A stretch of 64,000 bases of DNA from Takakia lepidozioides. Taxonomy: Eukaryota > Plantae > Bryophyta. Both the position numbers and the translations under genes were made by a program. Shown here piece after piece: positions 23,229 through 36,231 of the stretch. The DNA is taken from positions 1,116,001-1,180,000 of the forward strand of contig CM060732.1 in NCBI GenBank assembly GCA_030704615.1, written 5' to 3'. Positions within the stretch are counted from its first letter, which is position 1. Each line of letters starts with the position of its first letter. The notes beneath the pieces are model-generated. The model was not told the origin of the DNA, ran no database searches, and saw only the letters and a list, made by a program, of their open reading frames with translations.

Positions 23229-25277
23229 GATGAAGTCGTCTCGGGGGGGGACGCTGACACGTGGCTGTTAGAGATCATCCCCCGGATGGAAAAACAACGC
23301 CGACTTTCCATCCGAGGGGGCAGTGATGAAGTCGTCTCGGGGGGAGAGGCCGACATGTGGCTGCCAGAGTTCATCCCCCGGATGGGAAAATGGCGCCAAA
23401 TTTCAGTCCCAGGGGGCTGGGATGAAGTCGTCTGGGGGGAAGATGCCAACACGTGGCTGCCAGAGATCATCCCCTGGATGGAAAAATGGCGCCGAATTTC
23501 CGTCCGAGGGGGCTGGGATCAAGTCGTCTCGGGGGGAGACGCCGACACGTGGCTGTCAGAGATCATCCCCCGGATGGAAAAACGGCGCCGAATTTCCATC
23601 CGAGGGGGCAGTGATGAAGTCGTCTCGGGGGGAGAGGCCGACATGTGGTTGCCAGAGTTCATCCCCCAGATGGAAAAATGGTGCCGAATTTCCATCCGAG
23701 GGGGCTGGGATGAAGTCGTCTCGGGGGGAGACGCCAACACGTGGCTGCCAGAGATCATCCCCCGGATGGAAAAATGGCGTCGAAATTCCATCCGAGGGTG
23801 CTGGGATGAAGTCGTCTCGGGGGGAGACGCCGACACGTGGCTGTTAGAGATCATCCCCCGGATGGAAAAATGGCACGGAATTTCCATCCGAGGGGGCTGG
23901 GATGAAGTCGTCTCGGGGGGAGACGCCGACACGTGGCTGCCAGAGATCATCCCCCGGATGGAAAAATGGCGCCGAATTTCCATCCGAGGTCGCTGGGATG
24001 AAGTCGTCTCGGGGGGAGACGCCGACACGTGGCTGTTAGAGATCATCCCCCGGATGGAAAAACAGCGTCGAATCTCCATCCAAGGGGGAAGGGATGAAGT
24101 CGTCTCGGGGGGAGAGGCCGACATGTGGTTGCCAGAGTTCATCCCCCGGATGGAAAAATGGCGCCAAATTTCCATCCGGGGGGGCTGGGATGAAGTCATC
24201 TTGTGGGGGAGACGCCGACACGTGGCTGCCAGAGATCATCCCCCGGATAGAAAAATGGCGCCGAATTTCCATCCGAGGGGGAAGGGATGTCGTCTCGGGG
24301 GGAGAGGCCGACATGTGGTTGCCAAAGTTCATCCCCCGGATGGAAAAATGGCGCCAAATTTCCATCCGGGGGGGCTGGGATGAAGTCATCTTGTGGGGGA
24401 GACGCCGACACGTGGCTGCCAGAGATCATCCCCCGGATGGAAAAAAATAAGTTTGTCTGATTAAAAATTCTTAGTAACTCAAACCCTAGGTTTGATTTCT
24501 GGATGGTCATCCGTAATGCCCATCCAATTGCAAATTGTATGCAAAGGACTCAAAGACAATGTTTGTGATTGCACATTTTGAAGTTTTGTTTTATTTATCC
24601 ATTATAGTTATCCATTATAATACTAGGACACCTCTAGAAGGAAATGCAAATTATGGTGTCACTTGACCCTAAATGGCTACGGCCTTCTCACTATAGCAAA
24701 TTTGGGGGGTTTTGCGAAGCCAGTCGCGCCCCCACGCCCCCTGCGACGCCAACCCCGCGGCGCCTTTCCTCCGCTGCGACGCCCAGCCGTTGCAAGGTGG
24801 CATGAAGGGGAAAGGGGGCATTTCCATCCGAGGGGGCTGGGATGAAGTCGTCTCGGGGGGAGACGCCGACACGTGGCTGCCAGAGATCATCCCCCGGATG
24901 GAAAAACGGCGCCGAATTTCCATCCGAGGGGGCTAGGATGAAGTCGTCTCCGGGGGAGAGGCCAACATGTGGTTGCCAGAGTTCATCCCCCGGATAGAAA
25001 AATGGCGCCGAATTTCCATCCGGGGGGGCTGGGATGAAGTCGTCCCGGGGGGGAGACGCCGACACATGGCTGCGAGAGATTATCCCCCGGATGGAAAAAT
25101 GGCGCCGAATTTCCATCCGAGGGGGCCGGGATGAAGTCGTCTCGGGGGGAGACGCCAAACACGTGGCCGCCAGAGATCATCCCCCGGATGGAAAAATGGC
25201 GCTGAATTTCCATCCGAGGGTGTTGGGATGAAGTCGTCTCGGGGGGAGACGCCGACACGTGGCTGTCAGAGATCTTC
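23229..25277 (+). repeat. 96-bp satellite containing CGGATGGAAAAATGGCGCCGAATTTCCATCCG (interrupted at ~24445-24820)
   Basis: GATGAAGTCGTC recurs at 23229, 23325, 23421 and onward; alternating GACGCCGACACG and GAGGCCGACATG variants. Confidence 0.95.
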
Positions 25278-25515
25278 ATTCCGAATAAGAAGATCCACTG
25301 CTACAGGAGAACTAAAGCACAACTATCTATGAAGATCATAGCCCAGTTGTGCACATTTCTCCTCCGATCGGAGAGGAGGGGGAGATGTCAGGAGACTAAA
25401 TCCTCTGGCTGCAGCCTCCGCATAACATGGCAATTCCAAAACGGTTGGCTACTTGGAAAGAAGTCTGGGTTGGCAAAGAAATGGAGAGACCTGGGCGTTC
25501 TGGGACTCCTGCAAA
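25278..25515 (+). mobile_element. Fragment homologous to the interior of the nested MULE at 37350-39079
   Basis: CATTCCGA.AAGAAGATCCACTGCTACAGGAG and GGGTTGGCAAAGAAA...CTGGGACTCCTGCA match the reverse complement of ~38425-38685. Confidence 0.65.
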
Positions 25516-25615
25516 AACATCCCAAAGTTTTAAGTCAAATTAGTACTTTGACAGCATTGTGGAGGCCACACTCACGAAGAAAAAACGAAGACAAAAGAAT
25601 ATGGTGTAGACTTAC

Positions 25616-26420
25616 TCGTGCACTCAAAATCGTCGTCAATGTCCATGTCCTTGTGATCCAACGCTATTGTTACGACCGTCTCATCTGTCTGTGTGGCAGA
25701 AGATGAGCCCTCATGGAGAGGAGCTATCACTTCACTGTAAAGGTCAGCATCGCCCTCAAAGGCAAATAGATGCCTTCCTGCTGCCTTGCAGACATGGAAT
25801 GAAGCCCCTGCATGAAAAAAGGAAGAATGAGCAAAGACAAAGGCGTACCTTCAATCCAAAAACCATTCCAAACCAAGGTAGAACATTGCGAGAGTGTCAC
25901 TGGAAAACCACGTACCTGTTCCAAGAGTGAGATCGACAACCCTGGCCCTGTGGGCGCTGCAAGACTCGATGACAGTCTGCATGAAGGCCGGACTCTTCTC
26001 CCGTGCACCTCTCCATGGCTCACTAGATGCGCGCCGTAATGTAAGGTTTGAGTCCACATAGTTGTAGATAAAATCATCATCTGCCGGATCACAAGTGGAG
26101 TCAACATGTGCCCCCCCATTCAGGACTTCAAACTCCTTCACGGAAGACGGTGTGGATGGGTGGCGTTCTCTTACAAGACAGTGTGCGTCGAAAGCACGAG
26201 TCTGCACAAACAAAACAGGGAAGATAGACGTGAGGGCACTGAAGCTAGTGTCGGTAAATCACTGCTGGAAAACGTGTACCATGCTTGCATCAACGCAAAC
26301 ATGGTACAAGGAGAAGGCTCACAAAATGGAAACCACCTGCTTGTTTCAAAACAGTAGTGACATTTATGAAGCTCCGTACCTTATTTTTCCACCCCTCTGC
26401 ATCATGCACCCTGGATTGTG
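25616..26420 (-). pseudogene. Diverged beta-class DNA MTase C-terminal exons (copy 3)
   Basis: Exons ~26420-26360, 26201-25916, 25807-~25616 splice to WRGAREKSPAFMQTVIESCS...VVDLTLGT|GASFHVCKAAGRHLFAFEGDADLY, matching motifs X, I and II. Confidence 0.85.
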
Positions 26421-26429
26421 ATTTTCCCT

Positions 26430-28965
26430 GTCGGCTATTCCCACATAGTCCACAAGATTTACTTCCCGTATACAGGTCAGCCCCTGCCCCCTCTATACTC
26501 CATAAACTCATAACTTCCTCACCATCAACACCATTTACCACACCACACTCTCACAACTCTACCCTGCCATTCTCCCCCCTCCCCCTAACCCCAACAATCC
26601 TAATGCTTTTGTTATTGAAGCTATCCTTGGAATAAAAATTCAGACTTCCATAGATTCATTTGGTGCTACCTGCCTAGATACATACTACCTATGCAAATGG
26701 GCTGGCTTTTCATTTGATGACAACACTTGGCAAATCGAGGATGACCTCTTTGGCTCGCACAATGATTGTGACCCTGACCACAACCTAACCCTTCTTATTG
26801 CCTTCCATAAACGTACCAACACCAACTACCTCACACACACCCACCAATAGCATGTATCCCAAACCCAAAACCAGGATAGCCGTCATGTGTCTCCCCCGAT
26901 TCAAGCTGCCAACATTCAAATTGACATCACTGAATGCAACCCCGACAAAGACGTTCTCTATGTCTCCCCCGCTATATGCGCAGGCCCCCGAATGTCTACT
27001 GTTTATACTAACAACGGTAGCTTCCTTGGCCTCATTCCCAACGACAAGATAGCCTGGCTTTGGGCCCGGTACTCCACCCACACCCTTCATACTAGTCAAC
27101 TACCCCCCCCCCCCCCCCCCGCCAAGATTTTGCTACCGAAGTATGCTGGCTCTTGGATCGATACCTACGTGATACCCCCCCTAAGAAACCATGTTCTCTA
27201 ACCAAACTCTCCTAAGCATACACCCATAACGCCATACCCATTGACATTCTTACCCTCCTCATCACCTCCTTCCAACTCACTCATTCGTACTACTCTAGCC
27301 CGCTTATATGCCATATGAATCTCCAAACATTCGCCAGCCCTCACCCCAGAGACTGCATCTTTGGGGCCTCCGGCTCAGCCACCCAACACTCATGGTCTGG
27401 CAAAGGGCTGGCCCACCCCCCCTCTGGACCGCACACCCAGGAAGCACTTCTATGGGCCCGTTTTGCGGCCCATACCTCCCCGACATCTGTCACTATCCTC
27501 ATCCTCACACAGTAGCGCTCGCCAGACAACCCACATCCCATACTACAACTCCCACCGGAAACCACACTCCTAGCCTCCGTAGAACCTGACCAGCTTAAAT
27601 ATCCCCATAGCCCACCTTTTCCTAAATATCTCCAGCATGTAGAATCCACCCTCGCACTATTCCTACATGTCCAGCACACATCCTCCCCCCCCTTACCACA
27701 CACGATGCTCGCCAACTTTAAACATGCACTAACACGTACTCATGGCCTCACAGTCACCGCTGACCTAAACCCCACTCTTCACTCCCTATCCCACAGTCCA
27801 ACTACCCCTGTCAACAGACCAGCTCCCCAAATCAACCTAAGCAAAGCCTGGATCAAAGCACCCCACGCCCCCCTCTTGTCCCTCTACCCGCACCGGACAC
27901 TCCTCCGCCACACCACCAACACTTACCCATGAAATACCCTCCAACCCACTCACACTATACTGATGGCTCCCTCACAGGAGCCAATGCCGGGTACAGCGTG
28001 TATCACGCTGCCACAAACCAAGGCACAACCTCTAGACTTCCCGGGCCTGCCACCATACTCCGGGCTGAGCTCATGGCCATCTATGAAGCTCTCTCCCAAT
28101 TATCTTCATTCGCCCCTCCTCACTATATCCTTACGGACAGTCTTACATCGCTCTTTCTTATCCGTAACCATCTCTCCTGCCCCACCTCACATCACCATCA
28201 CCCAAATCGCAACCTTATTTCAGCCATAACCAGACTAGCCATATCCTTGGGCCAACCCATCCACTTTTTAAAAGTCCGCTCACTCACTGGAATTGCTGGT
28301 AATGAAGAGGCTGACCTTCTCGCACAAACTGGCGCTCTCCAGCCTTTTGTTGACCCTATCGGTGATCCTATTCATATTGCGCATACCTATCCATTCTGGC
28401 TTGTACACCCTATCCCAAACCCCCCTGATCCCAAACCTGTCCGTAACCTCAAAATCATCCTCACGAAGGAAGCCAATCTACAAGCTGTGACATCTATGAG
28501 CCACACCAAAGTCCACATTCAAAAATGGACTACATCATAAATTGTCAAACTATTTCTGGCATTCCAAAGTTGCGACAGATGTACAAATTAAACAAACACT
28601 TAAATTTCTGTACGCCCAATATATGGGCCACCAACGTAAACACGTCTTCTGGCCCCGTCTATTCCCCTCACCATATTGTCCTCTATGCTTACAAACCCAC
28701 TAGATTAAGGACACATGGCCGCACCTCCTCAGCCAATGTACCCACCCGGTCATCCATGGCTTGCACATCACCCGTCATGACCATGCAGTCTGGCACATCC
28801 ACAAACTCCTTATGCAACGCTCCGAAACCCGATGGTTCTCACTTATAAATACAGGCTCCTACCAAGGCAAGCCCCCTGACCATACTATTCCACCGTGGTT
28901 ACTCCCATGCACTTGCCGACGCCCCCCTTGCTCCTATCCTGCCAGACTATGCCCTGACATCCTTC
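26430..28965 (+). mobile_element. Dualen/RandI-like non-LTR retrotransposon fragment (chromodomain, RNase H, CCHC, start of RLE)
   Basis: FVIEAIL...YYLCKWAGFSFDDNTWQIEDDL (26608-26748); YTDGS...RAELMAI...TDS...GNEEADLLA; CPLC...DTWPHLLSQC...RHDHAV...CPDIL. Confidence 0.8.
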
Positions 28966-29930
28966 ATCCCAGCCCCCTCGGATGGAAATTCGGCGCCATT
29001 TTTCCATCTGGAGGATGATCTCTGGCAGCCACGTGTCGGTGTCTCCCCCCGAGACGACTTCATCCCAGCCCCCTCAGATGGAAATTCGGTGCCGAATTTC
29101 CATCCGGGGGATGAACTCTGGCAGCCACATGTCGGCCTCTCCCCCCGAGACGACTTTATCCCTGCCCCCTCGGATGGAAATTCGGCGCCGTTTTTCCATC
29201 CGGGCGATGATCTCTGACAGCCACGTGTTGGTGTCTCCCCCCGAGACGACTTCATCCCAGCCCCCTGGGATGGAAATTTGGCGCCATTTTTCCATCCGAG
29301 GGATGAACTCTGGCAGCCACTTGTCGGCCTCTCCCCCCGAGACGACTTCATCCCAGCGACCTCGGAGGATGATCTCTGACAGCCACGGGTCGGCGTCTCT
29401 CCCCGAGACGACTTCATCCCTTCCCCCTTGGATGGAAATTCGGCGCCGTTTTTCCATCCGGGGGATGATCTCTGACAGCCACGTGTCAGCGTCTCCCCCC
29501 AAGATGACTTCATCCCAGCACCCTCGGATGGAAATTCGGCGCCATTTTTCCATCCGGGGGATGATCTCTGGCAGCCACGTGTCGGCGTCTCCCCCCCGAG
29601 ACGACTTCATCCCAGCCCCCCCGGAAATTCGGCGCCATTTTTCCATCCGGGGGATGAACTCTGGCAGCCACATGTCGGCCTCTCCCCCCGAGACGACTTC
29701 ATCCCTTCCCCCTCGGATGGAAATTTGGTGCCGTTTTTCCATCCGGGGGATGATCTCTGACAGCCATGTGTCGGCGTCTCCCCCCGAGACGACTTCATCC
29801 CAGCCCCTCAGATGGAAATTCGGCGCCATTTTTCCATCTGGGGGATGATCTTGACAGCCACATGTCGGCCTCCCCCCCCCCCCCCGAGACGACTTCATCA
29901 CTGCCCCCTCGGATGGAAATTCGGCGCCGT
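28963..29930 (-). repeat. 96-bp satellite array in opposite orientation to 23229-25277
   Basis: Reverse complement of the same monomer (GACGACTTCATCC recurring). Confidence 0.95.
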
Positions 29931-29939
29931 TTTTCTTTT

Positions 29940-30466
29940 TGAATTTTTTCCATATATCACTTGGCACCTCTAGATTATGGGTTTTTACACCTTTTTAGTG
30001 ATGATGATATCCCAAAAGCCTCTAAATGAGGATGATGTACATTAGGGAAATGGGCCCAATTTGGGCCCAGTGTTTAGTATAAATTAGTCTATACCTCTCA
30101 TTCCTTGATGTTTTTAGTCCATATAAAAGTGCATTTGGGTAGCTTTCAGAAATGGCACCCCTAAAGTGTTTTACTTTTTGTTATTACTTAGGTGTACATG
30201 ATGTTTTTTTAGTCCATATGGTTTTTCATGTGTAACACTGCAGTCCATAGATTCAACTTTAAGAGTCCATAGCTCTTTCATAGATGATCCTTTTTACAAT
30301 AAAAAAAATTGGAGTATGTCTCTACTGTAGTTACAAATTTTAGACTATATAAACTTGTATGAAATATTGAGTTGTGATTTTACTATAAAAGGTACCATGA
30401 ATGGAGGTCACTGCAGAAATTGTCATGTTACGCAGTTTTTGGTCCACCGTAGTCTGCAACTACCCC
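29940..30466. mobile_element. AT-rich truncated MITE with a right end related to 30671-31417
   Basis: Ends TTTTTGGTCCACCGTAGTCTGCAACTACCCC, versus TTTTTGGTCCACTCAACCCTGCAACTGCCC at 31417. Confidence 0.55.
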
Positions 30467-31500
30467 TGTCAAGTTATTTTACCACTAGTGTGAAACTAGC
30501 TAGGAAATAGTTAGTTTTGATATATTGACATTTGGGATTGATCCAAGTGTCAATCCAGGGGCCAATATATGTTTGGGCACCTGACGTTGTTATCTTCACG
30601 GCAGATCGCGGTGGGCTCATATTTCTCGAGTTGAGCCTCACCGCATCTAGCTATGGCTCCGTAGTGTGGAGGGTGAATGCAGGGTTGACTGGACCAAAAT
30701 GGACGTTACCGGCACAGTTTTAGATGACTGCAATTGATGGTGTCATCAATTGAATTTGAATTAAATCCTTAAAACCAGCAAATATATATTTCATTGGATT
30801 CCTAGCTTCAATATGCACCCATAGCAACTCTCCAATCATAAATCCGCTAAGAAATGACTCCGCTATGGACTTTTGAACACCGTCATTGTGGACTGTTACC
30901 GCAGTGAATGGAGTTACAATGGACTCAAGTTCTCCTATGTGCCATTGGTGAATTCCATTGAAATTTGAACATAAGGTGGCCATTTTGGTCCACATCTTAG
31001 GTATGGATTTGAAGTGGCAAAATCATTTGTCATTTGACTCATATGGACTAATATATGTCAAAAAAATAGGTGTTGTTTGAAAAGTCCATAGCTCATCTTG
31101 TTTTTTGGATTTTGGGTGTCATTGTTTTTCTAGAACTATAAAAACCTATAATCTTCAATGGCTAGGTGGCATATTGATTTTTTTTTGTAAACTCTAATTT
31201 TTAGTTTTTCATAATTTCTCTAAATAATAGACTAAAATGTTTAATAAATTATATCTTTAATATTTGGGATAGGACTCTTTACTAAATATGTTCAGTATAC
31301 CATTATCTATCACTAAGAAAATATTTTGGATAGTATCCTCAACTTTTTGTTTTTTGGTCATGGACTTTCATGGAGCAGGATCTGCCGTTTTTGGTCCACT
31401 CAACCCTGCAACTGCCCTGGATTCCCCATGGCGTGGGGTGCACTTGGCTCGACTTAATATATGAGTGATGTTTTCATGTGTAAGTGTGTGAGTTTGAGAG
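30467..31500 (-). mobile_element. LTR-like family C copy interrupted by a MITE
   Basis: 30467-30670 plus 31422-31500 match the reverse complement of ~57588-57857. Confidence 0.7.
30671..31417. mobile_element. Non-autonomous TIR transposon with 4-bp TSD (Sola-like)
   Basis: TIRs GGGTGAATGCAGGGTTGACTGGACCAAAA / GGGCAGTTGCAGGGTTGAGTGGACCAAAA; TSD TGGA; the empty site GTGTGGATTCCCC is present in the paralog at ~57660-57675. Confidence 0.85.
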
Positions 31501-31829
31501 TTTCATTCTTTGCTTTATCACTCGAGAAAGATCAGCTCGAGTCTGTGAGTGCCAGGTTCGAGTTAGTTGTAGCACTTGTGTTTTCAGATCATGAAAAGCG
31601 GTTCAGCCTAGAGTGCAGGGATCCGTGCATGAGCCTATCCAAAGGGGATAGAGGGCGAAGGCGAATATGTTGCAGGTTTGCAATGGATAGAGAGGCGGTC
31701 AGTGTTGCATAGCTCAACGCTATGGCAACTGAGTATGCGGTTCAGTGTGAAGCGGAGGAGACGTTGGCCACGAGTGGGCAAACTGTGGTCGTCTTCTTCA
31801 GCTGCAGGCCAAGTTGAGGAGCTGCAGAA

Positions 31830-34800
31830 ATGTGGGCTACTAGTAAGAAACAGAAGGCCCGTGAGAGGGCAAAAGAGAGGGCAAGAGAACAGGCGAGAGA
31901 GAAGGTCAGCCATGAGGCAAGAGAGAAGGCCACTGAAGAGGCCAAGGAACAAGAAATGACAGATGCCCATGTAAGCAAGGGAGGCACTAAAACGGTGGAT
32001 CCCTCTAAGATAGCAGAAAGAGGCACTAAGACACCGGCTGCATCCTTGCCGGTTACACCATCGCGGGTGGGAGCAACCCCCGCAATTGCCCATATGGTGG
32101 AGACTGAGGGAGGGGATAAAACACCACACACACCACGGAATGTGGCAGGTGGAGGTGAAGACACAGTAGACACGGGGAGAGGGCACGATTTTCTAGGCGC
32201 AGAGCGGGTTATTTCGGCGTCGAAATTCCCTTTTGAAATGTGATATACTGGCGTATTTTCTAGGCTTCCGGCGGTGAATGAGGGAGTTGAGGACGATGAG
32301 AGGACCTTTCTAACTAGGATGACATCCTCCCAGAGATCCCCAAGCCCCAAACCCGGAGCATACAGGCTGGATTTGGTGGTCCTGGTGGGCTGCCGGAGAA
32401 CCCCCATGTAGCAGACGTCGTGTCGGAGGCCGATATGAAGTTGGCCGCTGCCAAGATGTTGGAGGCAACCCACATCAACATTGGCAGGGTCCTGGGAGGC
32501 ATGGTCTGCCCGGCAAAGCTTCGGATTCCTCTCTGCCGCTTGGTATCATTGCAGGTGGTCAGACCTCCCCTCCCAGGCGATATTGACAAGCTGAAATTCT
32601 CTTTCCAGGACGGATATCGAATGGGGTCTGCCACGTTTTATGTCTCGATTGAGAACGACCACGGAGCTTCTTGTGCCCACACTTCCGAGGAAGTGGACAA
32701 ATTGGGTCCCCATTGGCAAAGGCGAAATGAGGAGTTCGAGAGATTGATAACTACTGATCCTATTTTCCAGCACTTGTCCGGGAAGATGTTTTACGTGTGG
32801 GACGGAAACCATCACCTCCTGGCATGGATGGAGCACATAGCCCAAGCCCACCCCAACGACCTAGATTGGCATTACGCCATGGAGTGTGTTGTGCTGAAGG
32901 TTGCGGGGCCAAAGGATCGCGGTCTTCTCAAAGCTACTATGGCAGACATCAACTCGTAAGTTACAATGCCTCTTGCACTGGAACTTTGAATTTGAAACAG
33001 TCATTTCATTGCCAATCGTCATATTTGTTGCAAATTCTCATTTCAGTATCGTTCAATGGAAATGTGGCATTGCAGGGTGATTGAGAATGCCTTCATTGCC
33101 ACCAACTTGTCCCACATGCTCTTCCGAGTGAAGGATGTCGGGAAGCAGGGGGTGCAAGAGTTTGCCAATTCGCTCAGTGCTGACCTCCTGCGCAAGTCGG
33201 AGGCAAAGGCAGACAGAACCTGGTATAGGCTAAGCATGGTGGACTACATATTTTGGATACTGCGATGTGTTTTTTTTTTTTTTGTTGACATAATCAGTCT
33301 TTGCTCCCCCAATCGAAGAAAAAGTGTGGACCAGGATTTCTAATCTTATGTGCGCATTGTTGACAGACAAAAATTGAGCGGGATTTGGCACATGCGAGGA
33401 GGTTCTACATGGAGTCAGAGGAGAATAAACTAACCCTCCCGGCATTGGAATCGTATCTCAAAGCTGCGGAGGCGAAGGCTCGCATCAAGTTAAAGTCGCG
33501 GATGGTGAAGTATGTGGCCATTGCTGACCTGCCCTTGGTGCTGACTTTCTGGTGGAGGTAGGGAAGCACTACTCCCGTGCTCTTAAGCCCACGATGACAC
33601 TGGAGAAGCTGCATCGTCTAGCCACAGCCTGTGTGGATGCAACAGAGAAGGTTATACATTCTTAACCAAATTCTCTTGTGGCAACAATCCGTTTTCATGG
33701 TGTCTTGCGTTTACTAATATGCACGTTGGTTGGACAGACCCGGTGGCTCCAAATCTGGAATGGATCCCAGAGTACAAGGGACATGTGGAGCTTCCCAAAA
33801 CCCGACAAACTGTCCAACCCCACATTCGACATGTGGATGAACTGCATGACATGGTGGTTTCAAGTATTTTCCCACGCTTCATTTGGCGCTTCTACTCTTG
33901 TATCGGGTGGATTTCCTGTATTTCTTGAGGAATGTTGTCTGATGGAGAATCTTCGCAGGTGACGATGAATGCGCAAGAGCAGCTTGACACCCAAACACAT
34001 CAGTTGAAGCTGGAGATTGCATGAGAAGCAGAGAGCCTCCGCGACTATGTAACGAGGTACTTTCTGCTGTACAAAACCGACCTGTTCTTTCGAGATATAC
34101 CGCATGCCCTGAGGAGCCACGAGTCTTCCAGCCGAACGCGGACAAAGCGGCAATGCGCCTTCTGTACAGGTAAATATGCGGTGCTCCTCTTTGATCCGTG
34201 GCCATTGTAGTCCCTAGAGTTCTTGGATGTAAAACGCCTAATGTGGGGCAGACAATTGGTTGTGAAGAAATGGCTAAGTCCCTAGGGTGTCTGCCCCCGA
34301 GACTGGGAAAATGGCGCCGAATTTCCAGTCTCGGTGGAAGACACCCCAGGGACATAGCCCTTTGGAAGCCCCGAAACTGGAAATTCGGCGCCATTTTCCA
34401 GCTTGGGCCCAAAAATGGCTAAGTCCAATGAGGGGCGGGCCCCGATTCGGGAAAAATGGCGCCGAATTTCCAGTTTCGGTGACATCCACCCTGGGGACTT
34501 AGCCATTTCTTGGCCCCGGAACTAGAAATTCAGCGCCATTTTTCCAAGATCGGCCAAATAAAGGCCAAGTCCCAGAAGGGGCTGGCCCCCAACCTGGAAA
34601 AATGGCGCCGAATTTCAAGTAACGGTGTCAGTCACCCCCGGGACTTAGCCATTTCTGGGGCCCTGACCTAGAAATTCGGCGCCATTTTTCTAGGATGGGG
34701 TCCCAAAGTGGCTAAGCCCCACAAGGGGCTGGCCCGCAACCTGGAAAAATGGCGCCGAATTTCCAATTTCGGTGCCAGCAACCCCATGGACTTGGACATT

Positions 34801-35674
34801 TATGTCCCCCGGAACTGGAAATTCGGCGCCATATTTCCAGGTTGGGGCCACAACTAGCTAAGTCCCAGAAGGGGCTGGCCCGCAACCTGGAAAAATGGCG
34901 CCGAATTTCCAGTTTCGGTGCCAACAACCCCATGGACTTGGACATTTCTGTCCCCCGGAACTAGAAATTCGGCGCCATATTTCCAGGTTGGGGCCACAAC
35001 TGGCTAAGTCCCAGAAGGGGCTGCCTCGTCCGCTGGAAAAATGGCACCAAATTTCCAATTTCGTTGCCCGGCCTCCACCGATCCGGGAGCAGCGCGCTCC
35101 CCCCGCATGGGAATTCGGCGCCATTTTTATAGTTTCTTGCAGAAACATTAACCTCATTCTCGGGACCCAATTCTCTATGGGTTTCTTAAATGCAGGTACT
35201 GCAAGTTCTCCCTGTTGGAGAAAGGTCATCTGTCCTTCGAGCCGTCATTCTTCCTCGCATGGCGGAACCCTAGCGTTGACTCCATGTACACTGACGTTAT
35301 GGTGAAGGAGTGGCATCTGGAGCATTTGCGCGACTGCCCTTGGTATGTGGACCTTCCTGACAGGCCAAAGTTAGAACCCCCGACAATCATCCAATGCGTC
35401 AATGAGAACTTCCTTGACGCTCTGGCCGCCAGGGCGAAGAAGGTGGCACACAACAAGTCTCTTGAGGAGCTGAAGGGGAAAGCAAAGAAGAGGGCTGCCG
35501 CTGCAGAGCCTAAAGACACACTTGGTTTGGAAGCCATGATGGAATTCTTCACGGCTATGAGCATGGATTGTAAGAGCACTCGGGGGGGGGGGGGAGCTTG
35601 CGATATGATTCTCCTCGATATTCCAGATGGGGAGCTGCTGGAGGGGCTGGATGGTGTGCCCACCTGGAACAAGT
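31830..35674 (+). pseudogene. ParB-like/MTase cargo gene copy 2, 5' half
   Basis: Highly similar exons to copy 1 (YVWDGNHHLLAW; CDMILLDIPDG at ~35600-35631); frameshifts; internal deletion VDLP|DRPKLEPP; ends at VPTWNK. Confidence 0.9.
34265..35130. repeat. Intronic palindrome array of copy 2
   Basis: About a dozen GGAAAAATGGCGCCGAATTTCC-type motifs in alternating orientation, in the intron equivalent to 5600-6389. Confidence 0.9.
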
Positions 35675-36231
35675 GTCTTCCACCCTCAATGTTTTTGAGC
35701 AGGGAGCCACTTCACACTTTCTACTACACATGTTGGAGATTGCTATCTATGAAATGATGCAATGGATACGGAAAGCTGGAGATTTGCAAAACATGGTTTT
35801 TCCCGCAGGTGACGTTGACATAACGTGCTACCTCCATATCCTCTGACACAGAGAATGTACTCACGAGACTGTGACCTTAAGACTTGGCCACAGACAAGCA
35901 CCTGTTTGGGCGAGAAAAGAGATGAAATGAAATTTCCCTCTTGGATACACAAGGCATGACAAACACTCTTTTCTAAAAACTAGCAAGATGGAACTTTTTT
36001 CACTTTTTTCAGATCTATGATCCAACATACAGATCTAAGAATTGTTGGGAGTATTTGGTGGAAGCCCCCAGGTGCTGGTTTTGCCCAAGGAACAGAGAGA
36101 TCGACACTGGAAGCTGTGCGTTCTGCGTTTCTAGAGCCGCTAGTGTCTTGCCAGGCTGATTCCATGCATCCCCAAAAATTAACCTTGCAACCAGAGATTC
36201 AAGACAGTGACAAAGGCTTAGTAGTCCGATA

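Noticed and set aside
23214-29967. Long ORFs with 32-aa repeats (e.g. 23214-24383, 28982-29848)
   Set aside because: By-product of a 96-bp monomer lacking stops; open on both strands and frameshifted between units.
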